Assembly: GCF_006345805.1 (NCBI RefSeq)
Contig: NC_042998.1
Location: 35,898,001 to 35,962,000 of the forward strand
Direction of reading: 5' to 3'
From: Octopus sinensis
Lineage: Eukaryota
DNA: 64,000 bases
Made by a program: the position numbers and the translations under genes. Below the pieces are notes generated by a model. The model had not been told where the DNA came from. It searched no databases and was given only the letters and a program-made list of their open reading frames with translations. Positions 55,667-64,000 of this stretch are shown here, piece by piece (the stretch's first letter is position 1; every line of letters begins with the position of its first letter).

Positions 55667-57402
55667 AACTTAGAATAACTTAGAAAGGTTTTGGCCAGTA
55701 TTGGCCCAGGCCATGTCTAACTTAATAGCACCACCTGGCGAAGTCTTTCAGTTCAGGATTTGGGCACCAGGGCCCATTCGAGCAGAGTTATTGTTTGCGG
55801 AGACATATCCGTGTGTGGGGGGTTTGTCCGGTACTGTTTGAAGGAATTTGTCCAAAGACTTCTTGAATTTTGTGTGGTCAGTTTCTTTTGACGTGTCCTG
55901 GTGTAATGTTGAAGAGAGCAGGTCCAATTGAGGTGAAATAGTTGTGCCGTATTGTCGTTATGTGATGCGATTTAGATTTTTGTTGTGGACGGATGGCACG
56001 TGGTCCAAGCCTTGGATGCATTTTGAAGGTGATGCCAACATCATTCGGACAGTGCTGGTGGAATATTTTCCACATCATACAGATAATGTAGCGTTCACTG
56101 CGTCGTTGGAGTGAATACAATTTCAGCTTCTCTAGTCTACCCCAGTAGTCAAGGTCTGACATGCCATCTATCTTTTTTGTGATTGACCTTTGGGGAGCTT
56201 CAATTCTCATAATATTTTGTTTTGTGTAGGGAGACCACAGTGGACAGCAGTATTCAAGGTGGGGTCGGGCAAAAGTGGAGAAGAGAAGGATAATAGCGTG
56301 GGAATCTCTCGACTGGAAGGTTCTGAGAATCCAGGAACACATTCTGCGGGCCATGTCAACTTTGCTGCTTATATGTGTAGCCCAGCTTATGTTGTTGTCC
56401 ACTGTTACTCCCAGGTCTCTGATGTTGTTAGATGCCATGAGAATTTCTCCAGAAGGAAGAGAGTATGGGAGTTTCAGAGCGTCCTCCCTTCCAAAGTGGA
56501 TCAGTTCAATTTGTCTTCATTTAGCAACATGTTATTCTTTTCCGCCCATTGGACAACAGCCAGTAGGTCTGACTGAAGGTTTATTCGGTCATCCACGCCA
56601 TTGATGACCTTCTGGAGCTTGGAATCATCAGCGAAGGTTCTGATGTTACTGTGTTTGATGGTGTCAGTAATATCATTTATGTAGATGATGAAGAGAAGTG
56701 GGCCCAACACAGTGCCTTGTGGGACACCACTGCTGACTTTGGCTGGGCTGGATTTGACTCCTTCGACTACAACATGTTGGGTTCTGTTAGACAAGAAGCA
56801 CTTGATCCACTGCAGCAGCTTCCAGTGACACCAATATTGGACAGCTTTCTCAGAAGTATCTTATGATCAACCCTGTCAAAGGCCTTGCTGAAATCAAGGT
56901 AGATGACATCAGTGTTGGAACCTTCTCCCAAGGCTCTCAAAATGTCATCAAAATGATGCAGTAGCTGCGTCAGGCAATCTCTCCCATTACGGAATCCATG
57001 CTGGTTGGGGTTCAGTATATTATGACTCTCAAGGAAGTGAGTCATACGCGATATCAGCACTCTCTCAAATACCTTGATGATATGAGAGGTGAGTGAGATT
57101 GGACGGTAATTTGTTTCCTTTTTTGAAAACTGGGACAACAGACTGGGATAGAAGGTCTTCTGGTATATATCCAGCATCCAGTGAGTTCCGCCACAGATTG
57201 GCTAGAGGGGGTGCAAGTTGGTTTTGACACATCTTCAAGACACAAGCAGGGAACCTATCGGGACCTACTGCTGAATTATGCTTCATTTCCTTTATTGCTG
57301 CTAAGACATCAGGAGCGCCAAATGTTATGTCCGATAAAGTGTATTGGGGAGTAACATCACTGATACAGCCCAGATCAGTCATATCAGGATTGCTGAAAAC
57401 AG
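55667..57402 (-). mobile_element. CR1-clade LINE, copy B (RT domain to 3' end)
   Basis: [60 protein letters not shown]; (TTCTAAGTTA)2 tail. Confidence 0.95.
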
Positions 57403-57723
57403 ATAGATATACATATATATAGATATACATTATATATATATATACATATATATATATATACATATATATACATATATATACATATATATATATATAGATA
57501 TACATATATATACATATATATATATAGATATACATATATATACATATATATATATAGATATACATATATATTTATAGATATATATATACATATATATACA
57601 TATATATACATATATACATATATATACATATATATTATATATATAGATATACATATATATTTATAGATATATATATACATATATATATATATATAGATAT
57701 ACATATATATATATATATATATA

Positions 57724-59016
57724 TGATGACATTTTGATGACATTTTGAGAGCCTTGGGAGAGGGTTCCAACACTGATGTCATCTACCTTGATTTCAGCAA
57801 GGCCTTTGACAGGGTTGATCATAAGATCCTTCTGAGAAAGCTGTCCAATATTGGTGTCACTGGAAAGCTGCTGCAATGGATCGAGTGCTTCCTCTCTAAC
57901 AGAACCCAACATGTTGTAGTCGAAGGAGTCAAATCCAGCCCAGCCAAAGTCAGCAGTGGTGTCCCACAAGGCACTGTGTTGGGCCCACTTCTCTTCATCA
58001 TCTACATAATTATATTACTGACACCATCAAACACAGCAACATTAGAACCTTCGCTGATGATTCCAAGCTCCAGAAGGTCATCAATGGCGTGGATGACCGA
58101 ATAAACCTTCAGTCAGACCTACTGGCTGTTGTCCAATGGGCGGAAAAGAATAACATGTTGCTAAATGAAGACAAATTCGAACTGATCCACTTTGGAAGGG
58201 AGGACGCTCTGAAACTCCCATACTCTCTTCCTTCTGGAGAAATTCTCATGGCATCCAACAACATCAGAGACCTGGGATAACAGTGGACAACAACATAAGC
58301 TGGGCTCCATCAAAGCAGCAAAGTTGACATGGCCCGCAGAATGTGTTCCTGGATTCTCAGAACCTTCCAGTCGAGAGATTCCCACGCTATTATCCTTCTC
58401 TTCTCCACTTTGCCCGACCCCACCTTGAATACTGCTGTCCACTGTGGTCTCCCTACACAAAACAAAATATTATGAGAATTGAAGCTCCCCAAAGGTCAAT
58501 CACAAAAAAGATAGATGGCATGTCAGACCTTGACTACTGGGGTAGACTAGAGAAGCTGAAATTGTATTCACTCCAACGACGCCGTGAACGCTACATTATC
58601 TGTATGATGTGGAAAATATTCCATCAGCACTGTCCGAATGATGTTGGCATCACCTTCAAAATGCATCCAAGGCTTGGACCACGTGCCATCTGTCCACAAC
58701 AAAATCTAAATCGCATCACATAACGACAATACGGCACAACTATTTCACCTCAATTGGACCCGCTCTCTTCAACATTACACCAGGACACGTCAAAAAGAAA
58801 CTGACCACACAAATTCAAGAAGTCTTTGGACAAATTCCTTCAAACAGTACCGGACAAACCACCCACACCCGGATATGTCTCCGCAACAATAACTCTCTGC
58901 TCGAATGGGCCTTGGTGCCCAAATCCTGAACTGAAAGACTTCGCCAGGTGGTGCTATTAAGTTAGACATGGCCTGGGCCAATACTGGCCAAAAACCTTTC
59001 TAAGTTATTCTAAGTT
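57724..59016 (+). mobile_element. CR1-clade LINE, copy C (inverted relative to B)
   Basis: Same RT motifs on +, near-identical to B apart from scattered small indels; same tail running into (TA)n. Confidence 0.95.
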
Positions 59017-59262
59017 ATATATATATAGATATACATATATATAGATATACATATATATATATACATATATATATACATATATATATACATATATATATAC
59101 ACATATATATAATACCACTATATATACATATATTATATACATATATATATATACATATATATACATATATATATACATATATATATACATATATATATAT
59201 ATACACATATATATATACATATATATATATATATACATATATATATACATATATATATATAC

Positions 59263-59299
<37 letters not shown>

Positions 59300-59465
59300 C
59301 ATATATATACTATATATATATATATACATATATATACATATATATATATATATACTATATATATACATAATATATACATATATATATACATATATATATA
59401 TATACTATATATATAACATTATATATAACACACACATATATATACATATATATATATATACACGC

Positions 59466-59505
<40 letters not shown>

Positions 59506-59508
59506 CGC

Positions 59509-59539
<31 letters not shown>

Positions 59540-60585
59540 CACACACAACACACACACACACATATATATATATATTATATATATATACATATATATATGT
59601 ATATATATTATATATATATATATACATATATATATGTATATATATATATTATATACATATATATACATATATATATATATCTCCGACGTAATTGAGTAAA
59701 CTTTGGTAAACATTCCTTTTCAAAGAATGCAACGAGTCTGTGAACAATGAATTCTATTTCTTTCTTTCTTTCTTTCTTCTTTCTTCTCTTTCTTCTTTCT
59801 TTTCTTTCTTTCTTTCTTTCTTTCTTCTCTTTCTTTCCTTTCTTTTCTCTTCTTTCTTCATTCACTCATTCATTCTTTCTTTTCTTTCTTTCTTTTTTCT
59901 TTTTTTTTCTTTCTGTTTAATTCTCTCAGTTGTTTGGTGCATCAAAGAGTTTTAAAAAGAAAAAAAAAAATTTGCCAGGGTTTGGCTTCCAACAAACGCT
60001 TGTAAATTGTGGATATCAAAGATATCAAAAGTTACTTTTAACGATACTCACAAAGGTAACACTCACGCCGCACGCACACACACACACACGGACGTGTGTT
60101 TGTGTGTACGTGTTAAGCCAAATTGTTTATTTGCACCGCTAGCTCCACATCAGCTTGTTTTGGCTTTCTCTTATGACCACACTTGATGCCATGGAGCTAA
60201 ACATGGATGAAGAATTAGTAGTTCAAGTTCAAATCCATTTGGGCGTTCCTACGTGTTTGCTATACAGATTGTGTCTATTGTATCTTGCTCTCAGCAGGAA
60301 ACCTCGTCATAGCAACCAACAGAGTGCCACTTTATATATATACACAAATAATCAGAAAATGGAGAAAACCTCAGATTAACAAACACATCGATTGGACCAC
60401 ATTTATAGCTTATTTTTTTAATACAAAGCATGACATAACAAATTGGTGACGTAACAAATCTTACGGCCGTTTCCGATCCGTTGCCAAAACGCTGTCTATA
60501 AATAAATGCGAGAATAAAGTACTTCATCTCCTAGGACATTCGAATTAAGGCACGGAGCTTCATCGGAGTTAGAAACAAGAGTATT

Positions 60586-60745
60586 CAATATAAATAAAGG
60601 GAAGAAAGAAAAGGAAAGAAAACATGGCCTAGAAAAGAAGTCTAGAAGCCCAATATATTAACAGCATATAATCTAGTATCAAGGGGTTCGAATCTTTTCT
60701 AGGCCATGTTTTCTTTCCTTTTCTTTATTCCCTTTGTTTATATTG
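60586..60745. repeat. Foldback with imperfect arms of about 53 bp
   Basis: ...ggaaagaaaacatggcctagaaaaga / tcttttctaggccatgttttctttcc... Confidence 0.8.
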
Positions 60746-60827
60746 TATAAATATATATATATATAATATATATATATAATATATATATATATATTATATA
60801 TATATATATACATATATACATATATAT

Positions 60828-61028
60828 AATCAAAATAAGCAACAGGATATCAAGTAGTAATGCAGTACGACCGTTTCAAGCGGCTCCATTTAATTGAACA
60901 ATGCAATCATTACAGCAATTTAAATTCAGTGCCATCATTGATGTAATGATTGGATTGTTCAATTAAATGGATCCGCCTGAAACGGGCGTACTGCATTACT
61001 ACTCGATATCCTGTTGCTTATTTTGATT
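60828..61028. repeat. Foldback/MITE with 87-bp arms and 27-nt loop
   Basis: 60828-60914 is the reverse complement of 60942-61028 with few substitutions; a single arm of the same family lies at about 48608-48690. Confidence 0.88.
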
Positions 61029-61137
61029 TTATTCACCTTCCTTCGAGCTGTGCGGATAATACCGGAATTACTTGGTGCTTCAACCTAATTTAACTGAATT
61101 TCAATTATATATATATAATTATATATATATATATAAT

Positions 61138-61520
61138 TAGGCGCAGGAGTGGCTGTGTGGTAAGTAGCTTGTTTACCAACCACATGGTTCCGGGTTCAGT
61201 CCCACTGCGTGGCACCTTGGGCAAGTGTCTTCTACTATAGCCTCGGGCCGACCAAAGCCTTGTGAGTGATTTGGTAGACGGAAACTGAAAGAAGCCCGTC
61301 GTATTTATGTATATATATGCGTGTGTGTGTTTGTGTGTCTGTGTTTGTCCCCCTAGCATTGCTTGACAACCGATGCTGGTGTGTTTATGTCCCCGTTACT
61401 TAGCGGTTCGATAGAATAAGTACTAGGCTTACAAAAGAATAAGTCCCTTATTAAAGGCGGTGCTCCAGCATGGCCGCAGTCAAAAGACTGAAACAAGTAA
61501 AAGAGTATAAAGAGTAAAGA
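61138..61520 (+). mobile_element. SINE family A, near-complete copy
   Basis: aggcgcaggagtggctgtgtggtaag head to aaaagagt-type tail. Confidence 0.85.
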
Positions 61521-62746
61521 GTATATATATATATATATAATATATATATATATATATAATATATAATATACATTCGAATTAAGCTATTAATATACAGCTA
61601 TATATTTATGAATTTGTGTTGCCAATATATATATATGCCAAGCCTAATTATATTTATTTGCTTTCCTATCTCTATACACAAACGATAGTGGCGAACAGTG
61701 AGAATGAGTGTTCAATACCGCTTCTCAACACCACACATGGTGGATGATATTTATTTGTACATTCGCAATATATTTATCTACAGATGAATATCTATTTGTG
61801 TTGAATATCTATTTATCTACAGATGAATATCTATTTGTGTTGTCCATGTTTCCTCTCTGCACGAAATGATCTCATCTCGGAGCTGTTGAGACTAAATTGT
61901 CATTTACTTTCATGAAAATGTTTCGTCATGAAAGTGGTGAATATCGGTCGTGCGCTGTCTAGATTCCATACGTCTGATGCCTGTGTAGAAAATTTTCTTC
62001 AAGGAGTGATGGCCGATGCCATCGACATAGGAATGTTTTGTTAAAAGTGACAACTAGATTATCATCTGTGTATCTACCAGTGTTTATAGAATCTAAGTCT
62101 AGCGTGGGTCCTGTCTGTATATGCTAAAAAGAAATTCTTCATCTGAGAGATGAAGAAAGGATGGATTTCGTAGAAGAGTAATTTTGAGAAAGAGTCTCAT
62201 GCTAGACATAGCTGAAAGTTTTTTCTAATTTTGAAGACAACAAAATTACTTTTAGTAATTTGTGAACCTCTTCCTTGTGTTCCAGATCCTTGAAACTACA
62301 AAAATAATTACAATGGGAGTAGGAGATACTCCACGGGTACCGTAAACATTCTATTCCATTATAATTCCCTTGGAAACAATATCAAATTTTATTTCGCTTT
62401 CCTGTCTCTGTGTATCATTCCCACCGAACAAACCACTATTTTAACTGTTCATCATTTTAGCAGAAATAGGAAAAAAATTCTTAAGTAAAAAAAAAAACAA
62501 AAGCCCAGTTATGGATGCAATTGTCTCTCGTTGTTACTTTTATGAAATTGTTGACATCTATACAAACGTTGTTGTTGTTGTTGTTTTTTTTTTACATCTT
62601 TCATACTGAAGAAAACGGTGAAATAAATATTTCTTAGCTTCAAATCATATGAATTACAGATATGTCCGAATTTTCATTTTCAAAATTCCGAGAAGAAAAA
62701 AAGAGAACTCCAAACAAAAAAAAGTACAGAGACTAAAATAAGAAAA

Positions 62747-62758
62747 CGGCGCCATCTT
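62747..62758 (-). promoter_or_regulatory. YY1-like / AAGATGGCG motif, possible 5' end of a minus-strand gene
   Basis: cggcgccatctt reads aagatggcgccg on the minus strand and sits in about 1 kb of SINE-free sequence. Confidence 0.3.
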
Positions 62759-63444
62759 CGAGCCTAAAACTGATTCTCCGAACCAAAAAAAGAAAAGAAA
62801 GAAAGAAAAAAAGGAAGAACGATAAATAAAGGTGAACGATAAATAAAAACACGACTGAAATGTTTTATGTTGCTGTCAAGACGATATGAAAAGATCTTTT
62901 TTAGTTGGTTCTTGCAATACTCATGAACAAAGCAAGTGTAGTTCTATGCAATACCAGTAACTATCATGGGGCTTTCTCGAAAAAAAACAAGATAAAAAAA
63001 TAAGAAAGACCGAAACAAACCAGTTCACCACTCATCTGATGTAGGTATTTATAATACTGCTCTTTAAGTATGCGCATTCCTAATAGTATAGATGCATATA
63101 TTTGTGTGTGCACGCGTGTGAGTATGCATGCATGTATGTATGTATGTATACATGCATACATGCACGCAAACACACACATGCACACACACACACATCATTT
63201 AATATACACTATTTACAGAACAGCTGCTAATAGTTTCATGCTGTGGAGACACAATAGGTTAGAAGATTTATATAACATGCCATGCTTCTTGGAAGCAATC
63301 GTTCAGGTTCAGAGCATACCGTGAGACCTACGTGAAAACCAGGACACTGCTCTATGAGCAAACATGAGAAAAAATGGAAATAAAACGCGAAAAAAGTGGA
63401 ATAAAACCAAGCGTTGTCTCCCCTTTGTTAGTAGAAATCCGAAT

Positions 63445-64000
63445 TAATGTAGAATAATATAACGGAGAGGAGGACAAAGAAGTATTTTAGTTCAGTTTCT
63501 ATTTCAAGCAATGTTTGTATGAGATAGGCTCCTTCGCTATCCTTTAGTGGCCCTCTTAAATGGTTCGAGATCTTTGCCCGTCGTCTCTTTAGAATTTTCC
63601 TTTCCCTGAGAATTATGTTTTTCTGTTGGGTTGTCGTTCTCTCTGGAGCAAACTCACAACATAGGCCAATCATGATTGTCATAAAGTTCTGCAGCTATAA
63701 GACAATATCTTCCGCAAAGAGACTGGTAGACTAGTTTTAGTCCATGACATCTTTCTGAACACCTTCCAATCAGCTTTATAGAAGTTCAGGCTGGAAAGGA
63801 GCTGGGTGCTTCTAGTAGCCTTATGTTGGCAGTTTTCTACGGATCATACATTGTTAATTCTATCAAATTATTTCCCGAGAAAATCGTTGGTGGGGAGGGG
63901 GTCACCTTAATATCATGGATGAGCGCCGTGTTATTTGTAAAGCAGAGTTCCTGAACAATTTACTCCTTGTTGGGTAGAGCACTATTTTCTCCATAAAGAA
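63445..64000 (-). mobile_element. Degenerate CR1-like ORF2 fragment (endonuclease end and linker)
   Basis: Frameshifted PTR..., CFTNNTALIHDIKVTP, FSGNNLIELTM (SDH-like), LNFYKADW. Confidence 0.65.

Noticed and set aside
59930-60055. Open 126-nt AG-to-GT segment on + (LFGASKSFKKKKKNLPG...)
   Set aside because: The acceptor comes from a (TTTC)n tract, the frame crosses an A-run, there is no recognisable homology and no partner exons.

Overview
Eukaryotic, AT-rich, repeat-dense DNA. The SINE, RTE and (TA/TATG)n landscape resembles an octopus genome; this is inference from recalled repeat families, not a database match. The only host gene I can support is the 3' part of CDC27 (APC3) on the + strand: seven GT-AG exons from 2674 to the stop at 20961 that splice in frame into the C-terminal TPR region ending AMESDESL*. 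The upstream exons lie outside the window. The rest is mostly mobile DNA: three tRNA-derived SINE-like families, RTE and CR1 LINE fragments, mariner remnants, composite non-autonomous Helitrons, hAT- and piggyBac-like MITEs, foldbacks and multi-kb microsatellites. The long MYVCIY/HTY ORFs are microsatellite artefacts. The most interesting signal is a set of minimal type I hammerhead-ribozyme motifs with palindromic stem III in four or five unrelated sequence contexts. One lies on the sense strand of a CDC27 intron, and one family is fused behind a tRNA-like Pol III head. Three near-identical CR1 copies all sit in (TA)n tracts. Coordinates were counted by hand: exon boundaries were checked against reading frame, and repeat boundaries are approximate.
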